Of a stretch of 64,000 nt of DNA, positions 22,895-48,717 are shown piece after piece. The DNA is taken from contig CM106585.1 in the NCBI GenBank assembly GCA_048013815.1, positions 8,494,001-8,558,000 on the forward strand, in the 5' to 3' direction. Below the pieces are notes generated by a model. That model had not been told where the DNA came from. It did not search any database and worked only from the letters and a program-made list of their open reading frames with translations. Numbering within the stretch: position 1 is the first letter of the stretch; every line of letters starts with the position of its first letter. This stretch comes from Setoptus koraiensis (taxonomy: Eukaryota > Animalia > Arthropoda). The position numbers and the translations under genes are program-made.

Positions 22895-23563
22895 ATGTAT
22901 CCAGAGATGCAAAACTTTCAATGGAATTCTCAATTAAGAGACCTCCTCAAAGAAACTAGGGATTTAAATAAAGAGCTTCATGCAAAAAAAGAGGAATGTG
23001 ATTCTGTTTTGCAATCTATCGCCTCAACTATCCAACCAAATCTGCAGCATGTGACCAAGCACAATGAATATCCCCCCAGATTTTATGAGTATATCATCGA
23101 GATCAGAAAGATTATAGATGATACAAGGGGCAAACTCATAAAAAGTTCAGTGTCTCATGAATGCTTCTTTGACAGCTCAAGCATTTGCGTACCCGATCTA
23201 ATATTTCCGGATAGCGGCATTAGTCAATGTATAGTACAACTGTGCGAGCTCATTTCATTAATTCTTATAGACATTGAAGAAAACGGAGATCAAACAGAGG
23301 AGATGAGGAAGCTCAACGCAGACAAAACAGTTGTCATGGTGTTGCAATATTACATTCTCGTCGGTCCTATCGTGTTCAAGGAGGCAACAGAAAATTTCCC
23401 TGACGATCAAGGAACCAGATACAGCAATGATTATATGTTCTTGAAACACTTCATAAAAAATCTACAGTCATCCAGTAGGAGTACCGAAATGAAAAGAGAA
23501 CTTGGCAACATACTAGCCGCTATGACTTTGCAAGAGCGTGAAAGGTTGGAATATGTAAATTAA
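22895..23563 (+). CDS. Uncharacterised helical protein, 222 aa
   Basis: ATG-initiated 669-bp ORF with a coiled-coil-like N-terminus (LRDLLKETRDLNKELHAKKEE); AATAAA near 23590; no family recognised. Confidence 0.55.
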   Translation: MYPEMQNFQWNSQLRDLLKETRDLNKELHAKKEECDSVLQSIASTIQPNLQHVTKHNEYPPRFYEYIIEIRKIIDDTRGKLIKSSVSHECFFDSSSICVPDLIFPDSGISQCIVQLCELISLILIDIEENGDQTEEMRKLNADKTVVMVLQYYILVGPIVFKEATENFPDDQGTRYSNDYMFLKHFIKNLQSSSRSTEMKRELGNILAAMTLQERERLEYVN

Positions 23564-23700
23564 ATTACAAGATGATTAAAATTTAATCAAATAAATCTGT
23601 TTGTCGTTAGTTTGGAGCATTTCTTAACATGATTCTTCAAGAGTTGTCCAACACAATGTTTCCGAGCGATCCACTTGTGGTTAAACTTTCTCTCGTCTGA

Positions 23701-26541
23701 CTAATTCAAGTATTTCTGACAATTCGGCGCGCGACAATTACATCGAATCTTCTCTTCTATGGGCAGATCTTCACGAGGAAATTTGTAGTCATAGGTGATT
23801 TCCTCCTCTTCCTCAATGGTTTTACTTGCATATATTACGATGGCGTTTCCTTGCCCATTATCGTGCCGAATAACCTTGGCTATACAGTTAGGATTGCAAC
23901 TGTGATTTATGAATCTGGCCTTGTTACCCTTGAGTGTAGCATCTATAACTTGGTCGTCAACTCTGAAGAAATATGAACTTCCGTCGTGTGTCTTCAAGCC
24001 AGCATAAACCTTCTCGCGGTGATCAGCTAAAGATGGTCGAATTTTTTCGCCCACATACTCTATCACAGCTGCACCATTCGCAATCTTCTCACATGCGAAC
24101 AATCCCCATTTGTGTATCTTACTAAGAGAGAACCTCAGGTTCTTTGAGCGAATTTGCAAACTACTGAACATAAATCTCATCATCGCTGACCCGAGTGTTT
24201 CAGCATGAGCCACGGCGAACCTGCGCTGTTCACCTCGAAGGTCACTCCTTGATGAGCTCTTTACTTGTGCCCTCGATTTTATGGGAGCCTTAGAGAGATC
24301 TTCATCAACCTTATCGCCCTTCCAAACTTTCGATCCATCTTTCTCCCTCGGGAATCCATCACATCTTGAGCATCCTTTCCACCATGTTGGCGAATCACTT
24401 TCGTCATCTTTTTTATCTTTACCTTTTTTCTTCTTATTGACTTGAGGCTTGACTACTGGCTTAAATGGCAGATGAGCTCTATTAACGTCTTCTGATCCCT
24501 TTGAAGATCCTTCCAACATGCCACTGTAAACAGGATTCTCGCACATCTTGTCGTAGGCTTCCATGAGGAACTTGAAAGCTTCTTCATCGATGCCAATAAT
24601 ATCATCGATGATTCTGCTCTGCTCTTCTTCACTTCTTACATCAAAAGAAAACTCTGGAATATCACGTAATTTGTCTAAATCACCGGAGTCGTGCTTGATT
24701 CGTTTGTATTGTCGTTTAGTGGGTGGAAAGTGCTCCTCAAGAACTTTCCTCTTATTATTCGTTTTCACAATAACATCTTCATCTTCCGAGTATTCCATCA
24801 TCTCATCTATGACGCCGTCTTCTTTCTTGATTGATACCGTATTCTCGGTAGAAACGGTAGAACCAAGAGTTGCCAAGATTTGAGCCACCTCGCCTTCTTC
24901 TTCAGATCTTAGTCGCGTCTCTCTTGGGGTGGGGCGAATTTCGGAAGGTGCTTCAGGAACAAAAGGCACAGCCGATATACGAGGACTTAAATTATCCAAT
25001 TTCTTCTGTGAGGTCGTTAAGCCAGACGATGAAGAACTATCGTAGGATGATTGATCAGAGGAATCATCTGAATCTGAGTCAGATTCCGACTCGGATGACG
25101 AGGAGTCTGATGATGAGGATGATAGCGAAGTCGTATCTCTGAAATTTGTTGCTGAGCCTGCTCTAGAAGTTTGCTTTGGTTGCTCGGATGACCATGCAGC
25201 TGACCTATTCACTCTCCTGATTATATTCTCATCTGTTGTGTTTCTTTTGCCAATTGAAACTGTGTTAGAAGTTCGCCTATTGATGAAAGCATGTGGTAGA
25301 CTGCGCCGGTCAGGCACTGTGTTTGTATAGTTTGATCCCAAAACGTTTTGAATCAATTTATGATTAACTGGTTTTATATCCTCACTTTTCTTTCTCTCTA
25401 AAGAAGTTTTTTCATACTTGGCTTTTTCTGCGTCAATAAGAGGATAACCAACTTGCTCAAGAATACATTTGTGAAAGTGTTTCAAGAGAGCCTCTCTACA
25501 GGTATTTTCAAATATCTTATACAGCTCATACAGTTCTTTCTGAATCTGGGATCTAGTTAGATCTTTTGGTAATTCCCTCTGAGCGACACTCTTTTCTTCG
25601 TGATTATCGAAGGCATTCTGTTTCCTGGGTGGCGTGTTTGGTCTTTTGCGGTGATTGTGGTGATTATCCTCTTTACCACTATAGTCACGATGATTGTTCC
25701 AATCATTATGACTATTGCGTTGATTACGTTGATTGTAAGCATCTTTTCTGATTTCATTGTTGAATGATGGAAGTACATTTTCGATAGGAGATGGTGTCCG
25801 ATTGTGATAAGTCAGTTTGTTGTATTCTGGAGGGAAGATTTGATTCTTTTCATTGTGGTTGGGCATTAAACATTGCGCTAGACCCGAATTGTTATGAAGA
25901 AGAAAATTAATTCTTTCATCTAATGAACGAAATTGTGGTTCTTTACAAGTGACACCATTAGTTGGTTGCATGATCGATGGGAATTGAAGATTCGGCAGAA
26001 CTGTTGGTGGTATCAACGCCTGATGAGCAGGTGTTGTTTGTTGATTTGTTGGTGGGTGGATTATATTCTCTCTGATGGCGTTGATTTTAGTAAATCTTGG
26101 GTCGAGAAAGACAGATAGTTTCTTACCCATAAAACTCTTTTCATGGAATTTGAGTACACACTCTTTGGCATCTATAACCTTCTCAAATTGTACTTTTGCT
26201 ATACCCAAATGTGTATTATCAATTGGATGATGCAAAACATCACAATGTGAAACCTTTCCGAATTTTGATAGTTCTTTCTTGAGGAAATTATTATCAATGT
26301 TATCATTGAGATTATTAATAGATACTTGCACATCTGGCGGAACTCCAACGTAATTATCGTCAATCATAAATTTAGGTTTCACCAGATCAATATCTTTGGA
26401 GAATTTTGTCCGAGAGGAGCCTCTATATTTGATACTAGTTTCACGGGGATCAATAGTACTATCATGTTCGGAAATATTCTCTAGGGGTATGACCCTTGCG
26501 AGAGGTTTAGATTGCTGCCGTTGTTGTGGTGTAACGCTCAT
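23701..26541 (-). CDS. Set1: Histone H3K4 methyltransferase Set1/SETD1, intronless, 946 aa
   Basis: N-terminal RRM; Ser/Asp-rich region; n-SET with WIN-like GCSRCDG and RxxxRR (RGEQRR); SET domain (IEYVGE, RFINHSCNPNC, EITYDYKF); post-SET CNCxxxxC; C-terminal YLN. Confidence 0.95.
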   Translation of the reverse strand: MSVTPQQRQQSKPLARVIPLENISEHDSTIDPRETSIKYRGSSRTKFSKDIDLVKPKFMIDDNYVGVPPDVQVSINNLNDNIDNNFLKKELSKFGKVSHCDVLHHPIDNTHLGIAKVQFEKVIDAKECVLKFHEKSFMGKKLSVFLDPRFTKINAIRENIIHPPTNQQTTPAHQALIPPTVLPNLQFPSIMQPTNGVTCKEPQFRSLDERINFLLHNNSGLAQCLMPNHNEKNQIFPPEYNKLTYHNRTPSPIENVLPSFNNEIRKDAYNQRNQRNSHNDWNNHRDYSGKEDNHHNHRKRPNTPPRKQNAFDNHEEKSVAQRELPKDLTRSQIQKELYELYKIFENTCREALLKHFHKCILEQVGYPLIDAEKAKYEKTSLERKKSEDIKPVNHKLIQNVLGSNYTNTVPDRRSLPHAFINRRTSNTVSIGKRNTTDENIIRRVNRSAAWSSEQPKQTSRAGSATNFRDTTSLSSSSSDSSSSESESDSDSDDSSDQSSYDSSSSSGLTTSQKKLDNLSPRISAVPFVPEAPSEIRPTPRETRLRSEEEGEVAQILATLGSTVSTENTVSIKKEDGVIDEMMEYSEDEDVIVKTNNKRKVLEEHFPPTKRQYKRIKHDSGDLDKLRDIPEFSFDVRSEEEQSRIIDDIIGIDEEAFKFLMEAYDKMCENPVYSGMLEGSSKGSEDVNRAHLPFKPVVKPQVNKKKKGKDKKDDESDSPTWWKGCSRCDGFPREKDGSKVWKGDKVDEDLSKAPIKSRAQVKSSSRSDLRGEQRRFAVAHAETLGSAMMRFMFSSLQIRSKNLRFSLSKIHKWGLFACEKIANGAAVIEYVGEKIRPSLADHREKVYAGLKTHDGSSYFFRVDDQVIDATLKGNKARFINHSCNPNCIAKVIRHDNGQGNAIVIYASKTIEEEEEITYDYKFPREDLPIEEKIRCNCRAPNCQKYLN

Positions 26542-29072
26542 GGTGAGTTGCTTTGTAATTGGATAATATTATAGCTAGAATATACAATTTATATAATATA
26601 ATAATGTGATACTAATATTATAGTAATATTAATATTAATAATAGTGTAGATGGTGAAAATATTGATTACGGCAATGACAACAATATAAATGGTCGTTGCA
26701 TTAAAAAATTTGTCTAGTATATAGAGAAATAGCACTATCAGTAGTGGCAGTGTAGTAGAAAATATATACAACACTCCAAATCATCTTGTACCACTCGGAT
26801 TTGAGCTGCGAGCAGGAGGCTCACAGCAACCATTCCAGGCCCAGGCAAGGTAGTCTTGTGCGCGTTGGGCACGCCGTAGTAGGGCACTCTCTGATACTGT
26901 GCCCTACAGGCGCCCTTTAGAGAGCCACCAATTGAGAGCCGCAGGTGCAATCATCATCTTGCCACGATGAACAATAATTGTAAATGTGACAGATATTAAT
27001 TAGTTTGTTAATTAATATCATCATTTTTGCCTTTAATGTCGGTCACATGTCGCGGCCGCGCACATTTGCGGGTACTACAGGGTATACCCGTAAGCGTGTG
27101 TCTCTACTACCTGTAGTGGTTGGTGTCTATGTTTAGTTGTTGCCCTGTGTTTATGTGCTTGTGCTTGCACATATGACAATCCAATAGTTTTGTTCCGTTC
27201 CATTCTAGTGCGCTTAATACAGCTCATAGTGGCCTGAAAGTGAAAATCTACGTTCAAACGCACGCACAAGCTAGTCGCAGTACAGGGTGTAAATCTACGA
27301 ATGAAACGCGCGGTGCAAAATCATATCGCTTCCACTGTGCCAAGCGAAAGTAAATTATTCACACACCGTGTAGGGTGTCTCTCTCTCTCTCTCTCTAATA
27401 TAGTGTGTCACACAAATCATAAGACCGCTGCCGCCGCTGAATACAACATGTTTGATTACAAGTGTTTGATTAGACAACGATTGAATGCGCACTTTGTCAC
27501 TGATCGCCAAATGTTTGCTGCTCCACACATTATCAGACGCTCTGTATCACTCTTTTATCCACATATCCACATACTATATCTACGGCTTCAAATGAATGAA
27601 TGCAAGGTGATTTGCAGGTCGTCTTAAATTATTAATTAGCGATTGGATAACCTGGCAAGATTGTTTGAATTTCTCATCTATGGGTGTGTGTGTGTGTGTC
27701 TGCGTGGTGTGCTCATGTGTGCCCATCGAAACACCTAGACAGCAGATAGTCAAGGCGCTTGTTTACTGAAAATAATCAAATTAAATAATTTATCCACCAT
27801 GATCTATATTTGTTAGCTTGCTAGCCAACAGTGGCAGCTAACTGTGTGTATGTCTGATTGTGTGTCTGTGTGTTCGTGTGTATGTGCGTCTCTCCTTAGA
27901 ATGTCCGTTGCGAAGCTTAGCTCGTTAGCGCCTAGCAACGGTTCTATTATGATAGCGACGAACCACCACTCTCAACTGACTGGGCGCCAGGTTGACCAAG
28001 TGGTCGTCATCATCATTTGTGTGAAGTGTTGAAGCCTAAATTCATAAGGCTACACAACGAGAACATGAGACAAGACAGCTCCCGGGGACCCAAATATAAC
28101 AAGAGAGGCGAATAAGGCGACGATAAGGACGACGATAACAACGGCGACGTGTTTGCATAGGATTTCCGTCGCCAGTGGGTAGCTCTTGTTGTTGCTAGTT
28201 GCCTATTTAGAGGGTGGCTCATATTGTTATTAATACATACGCGATGTACATTGCAAATATGTGATGATCTGAAGGTTTTCAACGTCTGCCAGTCACCCGT
28301 TTGTCTGTCTACCCGTCTATCTGCCGTATGCTTGTCTATTTTTACTACATTTTATTATTGTTCATGTATTTTCTACAAGTATACGAATTTAAACCTAAAT
28401 ATTATGTTATTATTATTATACATGATTGTTTTCTTTCTATTAATTCCAGACAATATAGTAGACCTCATATATCGTATATGCCTCTAATATCTAGGATATT
28501 TGGAGGTGTGTCTATATTTTGTTTTATTTATGTAATAGATTTTATGCGGTTGCTTCTGTTTAGCGTGCGTTGCAGGGCGTAAGTCGTCATTTATTCTGTT
28601 TAGGCCACTGGGTGCAATCGCACTCTAATATTCTCTGTGCCAGTTCTTTGTAAACACAAAGCTGAGAATCGTGTTCGTGCGTATTTCGATAAGTCTTGTG
28701 CGAATCGTCTGCGTGTGTTGTGCCAAAAGCATAAACATCCATACAGGCTCAAAGTGATGATTCAGTCTCATGTGCTGTATCTTGTGCTTATCTGTACAGG
28801 TCACGCACACGTGAGTTTGTGTGCGTGCGCACAGACGATCGTAAAGTAACAAGATTTCATAGAGCACCGAATTCATGTTAACGCGCCCATTCTATCAACA
28901 GCTATGCGCAATTTAGCTATCGAAGCGCAACTTTTAAATAAATTCAAAATCTCTGTCATCACGGATACTTCTACCACATTCCCGTTTTCTGTCTTCCGCC
29001 TGTCAAGAGGTTTCCTTTGCTCCCCATCTATCGCCACCACCCGTGGACCCTCGTGCCATTTAGAGCAAGCAC

Positions 29073-31286
29073 ATGGATAAATTCAGGAATGGTGTCATTG
29101 TTGAAACAAGTAATAAGAGGAAAGTTCTTGAAGAGATCTCTCCCACTAAACGACAATTCAAACGATTCAAGCATGACACGGATGATTCAGGCAAATTACC
29201 GGAGTTTTCTTTTGATGTAAGAAGTGAAGAAGAGCAGAGCAGAATCATCGATGATATTATTGGCATCGATGAAGAAGCTTTCAAGTTCCTCATGGAAGCC
29301 TACGACAAGATGAGCAAAAATCTTAGGTACAGTGTCTTCTTAAATGGGTCATATAGAGGATCAGATGACGTTAATAGGGCTCATTTGCCATTCCAGTCAA
29401 TAGCTGAGCCTCAAGTCAATGAGAAGAAAAAGAGCAAGGATAACAAAGATGACGAAAGTGGTTCGCCAGCATGGTGGAAAGGATGCTCAAGATGTGATGG
29501 ATTCCCCAGAGAGAAAGATGGATCGATAGTTTGGAAGGGCGATAAGGTTGATGAAGATCTCTCTAAGGCTCCCATAAAATCGAGGGCACAAGTAAAGAGC
29601 TCATCAAAGAGTGATCTTAGAGGCGAACATCGCAGGTTTGCCGTGGCTCATGCCGAAACACTCGGGTCAGCAATGATGAGATTTATGTTCAGTAGTTTGC
29701 AAATTCGCTCAAAGAATCTGAGGTTCTCTCATAGTAAGATACACAAATGGGGATTGTTCGCATGTGAGAAGATTGCGAATGGTGCAGCTGTGATAGAGTA
29801 TGTGGGCGAAAAAATTCGACCATCTTTAGCTGATCACCGCGAGAAGGTTTATGCTGGCTTGAAGACACACGACGGAAGTTCATATTTCTTCAGAGTTGAC
29901 GACCAAGTTATAGATGCTACACTCAAGGGTAACAAGGCCAGATTTATCAATCACAGTTGCAATCCTAACTGTATAGCCAAGGTTATTCGGCACGATAATG
30001 GGCAAGGAAATGCCATCGTAATATATGCAAGTAAAACCATTGAGGAAGGGGAGGAAATCACCTATGACTACAAATTTCCTCGTGAAGATCTGCCCATAGA
30101 AGAGAAGATTCGATGTAATTGTCGCGCGCCGAATTGTCAGAAATCGAAAGTACGGAAGGACGATAAGGTTGATGAAGAGGATAAAGAGAATCTCTCTGAG
30201 GCTAAGAGGAAAGTTCTTGGGGAGCACCTTCCCCCCACTAAACGACAATGCAAACGAATCAAGCAAAACTCGGGCGATTCAGACAAATCTTGTGATATTC
30301 CGGAGTTTTCTTTTGATGTAAGAAGTGAAGAAGAGCAGAGCAGAATCATCGATGATATTATTGGCATCGATGAGGAAGCTTTCAAGTTCCTCATGGAAGC
30401 CTACGACAAGATGCGCATAAATCGTAGGTACAAGCTCATCTTAGAGAGGTCATATAAAGGATCAGAAGACGTTAATAGGGCTCATCTGCCATTTAAGCCA
30501 GTAGTCAAGCCTCAAGTCAATAAGAAGAAAAAAGTTAAAGATAAAAAAGATGACGAAAGTGATTCGCCAACATGGTGGAAAGGATGCTCAAGATGTGATG
30601 GATTCTCGAGAGAAAAAGATAAATCGAAAGTTTGGAAGGGCTATAAGGTTGATGAAGAGCATGAAGAAGACGAACAGGATGAAGAGGATGAAGAGGATCT
30701 CTCTGAGGCTCAGAATAAATCAAGTACTCAAAAGAAAATTTCATGGAGATGTCATCTCAGAGGCGAACCGCGAAGGTTCGAGGAAACTCTAGGCAGTGCA
30801 ATAATGAAATCCATGTCTGGCAGTCTAAAGAGTCGCTCAAAATTTTTAGAATTTTCTCAGAGTAAAATACACAAATGGGGATTGTATGCTTGTGAGACGA
30901 TCCACATTGGTGCACCTGTGATAGAGTATGTGGGCGAAAAAATCAGACTTAGTTTAGCTGACCACCGAGAGAAGGTTTATGCTGAATCCAAGACACATGA
31001 CGGAAGTTCATATTTCTTCAGAGTGGACGACCAAGTTATCGATGCTACACTCAAGGGTAACAAGGCCAGATTTATCAATCACAGTTGCAATCCTAACTGT
31101 ATAGCCAAGGTTATTCGGCACGATAATGCCCAAGGAAATGCTCTTTTATTATTATATGCATGCAGAATCATTGAAAAAGGTGAGGAGATCACTTATGACT
31201 ACAAATTTCCTCGTGAACATGTGCCTAGGTCCGAGAAGATTCGATGTAACTGTCGCGCTGACAATTGTAAGAAATATTTGAATTAG
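29073..31286 (+). CDS. Set1-derived protein with two tandem n-SET/SET/post-SET modules and no RRM, 737 aa
   Basis: Intact ATG-initiated ORF (in-frame TAG at 29061). Unit 1 is about 29094-30142 and unit 2 about 30203-31286. Each is homologous to the Set1 C-terminal third and has RFINHSCNPNC, EITYDY and post-SET cysteines. Confidence 0.88.
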   Translation: MDKFRNGVIVETSNKRKVLEEISPTKRQFKRFKHDTDDSGKLPEFSFDVRSEEEQSRIIDDIIGIDEEAFKFLMEAYDKMSKNLRYSVFLNGSYRGSDDVNRAHLPFQSIAEPQVNEKKKSKDNKDDESGSPAWWKGCSRCDGFPREKDGSIVWKGDKVDEDLSKAPIKSRAQVKSSSKSDLRGEHRRFAVAHAETLGSAMMRFMFSSLQIRSKNLRFSHSKIHKWGLFACEKIANGAAVIEYVGEKIRPSLADHREKVYAGLKTHDGSSYFFRVDDQVIDATLKGNKARFINHSCNPNCIAKVIRHDNGQGNAIVIYASKTIEEGEEITYDYKFPREDLPIEEKIRCNCRAPNCQKSKVRKDDKVDEEDKENLSEAKRKVLGEHLPPTKRQCKRIKQNSGDSDKSCDIPEFSFDVRSEEEQSRIIDDIIGIDEEAFKFLMEAYDKMRINRRYKLILERSYKGSEDVNRAHLPFKPVVKPQVNKKKKVKDKKDDESDSPTWWKGCSRCDGFSREKDKSKVWKGYKVDEEHEEDEQDEEDEEDLSEAQNKSSTQKKISWRCHLRGEPRRFEETLGSAIMKSMSGSLKSRSKFLEFSQSKIHKWGLYACETIHIGAPVIEYVGEKIRLSLADHREKVYAESKTHDGSSYFFRVDDQVIDATLKGNKARFINHSCNPNCIAKVIRHDNAQGNALLLLYACRIIEKGEEITYDYKFPREHVPRSEKIRCNCRADNCKKYLN

Positions 31287-32711
31287 TTAAACGACTTAAA
31301 GTGAGAGAAACAATGTGTCGAACTACTTTGTGTGAAGAAATGCTTCAAACTACACTTTATTTTAATAAATTTTAATTAGCTGATAATGCTGTGATAGAAT
31401 AGTGATAATGCTAGTTCGTCGCGAGATGCAAGATCTAGCGTGAAAAGAAAACATTATGGAAATCATTAAATCGATTCAGCTCACTTAATTGATTGATCAA
31501 TTCGCGCTTCGATTTAGTAAACAATTCCCGATAACGTTCCTTGTTGAAAGACATTGAGTAATGTTGAGATGCATTGCATTATTGTTCGGCTAACAATCAA
31601 ATTTGCTCTATCGTGGATAATTCAAATATTTAAATAATAACTCTCTCATTGATCTAAATATCTGCAAATATTATTGGCCATGATTCACACAAGCTTGACC
31701 GATTGCGAACGAATCAATATTGATATTGTTGTATTTATATGTTGTATCATAGAATATTGCTTATTCTATACACGTATGCGTATGGTGTAATAGTGTAGAT
31801 AATGGTGTGTCGAGAAATGAAGAAAAGTTGGTCAGCGTCTCAAATGAGGTCCGCGTTTTCTTCGCGAATTACAAATTTAAACTTGTTGTTGTTGATGTTT
31901 GGTTTTGTTGAATAATCAAATTAATTACTATTTCACTAATCAAATTTATCTTTGCCCACTCGACTCTGATCACTCCGAATGGAAGCATTCGCAACAACAT
32001 CAAAAACAACAATTTGCCACTAAATTGTAGATTGTTGGCTTGATCCTCGATACGAGTCGTCTGACCAACGATTTGGATACTTGATAGTTATTGCACGCTA
32101 TCGGCCTTATATTTTACCTAGTGTATAAAAAATGCAAGTGTTAGTCTTTGTTCTTCGTTGCGTTAATTTCCGTTATTCTCAACAGGCAAATGGCTAGTGT
32201 TTTGAAGGGTGCCACGAATGTAGATTGTTTCACCAGTCTGACCATTCTGACCAATCTGATTGGTTGATTGATCGATTGAGAAAAATACCAGTGGCGCAGC
32301 GATAGTACATGTGTAGAGGCAATTGTATTTTCACGAATATATCTAATGGTGTCGCCAGTAATGAGGTGTGCGGGTATATCAAACAATAGACCTCGGATGC
32401 TAGTGCGATTGTTTGTTGGCCGACATAAACTTGGCGGTGGTGGTATGATTCGATAACAGTTTTAGACAGATAATACGTGTGTCTTAAATAAATGAAAAAT
32501 AAAAACTGGCCTAAACTACTAGCAAGATGACTGTAAATTGCTGTAATCAACTGAATTACATAGATAAAAGTGAGAAAAGTAGTCCTATATGCACATATAT
32601 TGTTGTCACTTTGATGTAGGTGTCACTACTGATCAATTGTCATTGCTTCACTAACTCATTGATCGGCTGTCTATTGGTGATAAATCAATTGTCAATTGTT
32701 GATTGATTTGT

Positions 32712-47437
<14,726 letters not shown>

Positions 47438-48717
47438 GGTACTTGTTTGAGAGTTTGCTGTTAGTGTCTTTAAGTGAGAGTTGTTGAGTGTTGGGTGTTG
47501 GGCAACAGTGAGTAACTACAGTAATAAATTCCACTGAATAGTTGCAATTAGTTTGTGTTAATTAAGAGTTTCAGTATTATGTTGCTGGTGCGCAAATGAA
47601 AAACGTGAATATATCAACAATATTTGTATATTTGAATATATATGTGATGTGTATAGTATTATTAGTTACAGTTGTAGCTGTAGTGGTAACGATATTCGAT
47701 CAAATAAGCTGATAACAACAAATTAAACAAGAGTAGCTATATTTGATTGATAACAAATAACAGTAACAACAAATTGCTTGACTAAATTGCTACTAATTCA
47801 TCGATTTAATTCTTTTGATCTTCTATTTCAAGAATAAACAAATCGCTATTGAAAACTTTTGTCTTTCACTGAGCAAACATTTACATTTGACAATATCGGA
47901 CAACAACAAGACAGTGAAGCACCATGCAGAGCATGAACACTATATGGTATAAGTCTCGTCTATAAGTCAGTAGTACGAAGCGACAAACATGGATAAACTA
48001 AACTGTGTTCTCAATGTAAAACAAGTGCGCAACCAAACAGTTACAATACACAGCGCTGATTATATAGAGCAACGACCCTATGCGCAAGCGCGCCCCATAT
48101 GTGCTGGTTACAATTTGTCCTGGGCTACAAACAAACCCGAGGTGTCCGCAATCTGTCTCAACTCATATGCTGTCCAATTTTGAAGGACGATATATCTAGT
48201 GGAGCGTTTAGTGATAAATCATTGTCTACTGTATATATTAGCGATCTCACAGCAACAATGGAAAGCAACTAGAGCAGAGAAGACGCTCTCTGGCGACCTT
48301 GATGCACTCCTTTCATCGAGCTTAACATGCAATGTGCGCTCCTTCTTTTTCTATTGATATTCTCATTATTTTCTGTCTCGCCAACTAAGCTCTAAGACTT
48401 TTAATATCATTATCAACGAATACAGTCATTAGTGTGGTCCTTCATTAAAGCCATTCTGTCTAATAAAAAATCTCATTTCTGCTGAAGGCTACAAAGATGC
48501 GGAAAAAATTTGCACGTTTGAAAAACGCGCGCTAACTACCGCGTGTTTTCTTTTCTCGGTTGGCGAACAGCTGTGCGAGACATTATCCACACGTTTCTCG
48601 ATCTGTTGGATAATTATCTCGATTAGTTTATTTCCATTGCTCACATGGTTCGGCTGCCAGATCGTATCTATTCTAATTCAATTTATACTGCACGCAATAC
48701 TCCACTAAAGTTCCACG

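Noticed and set aside
23797-23820. Set1 IEEEEEITYDY versus paralogue IEEGEEITYDY as a damaging G-to-E change
   Set aside because: This position is not Gly in other Set1/SETD1 proteins (Asp or Asn occur), so it is not evidence of impairment.
26783-26947. Assignment of the GC island to RNase P/MRP or an snRNA
   Set aside because: Only short chance-level resemblances; the required partner P4 strand and an Sm site were not found.
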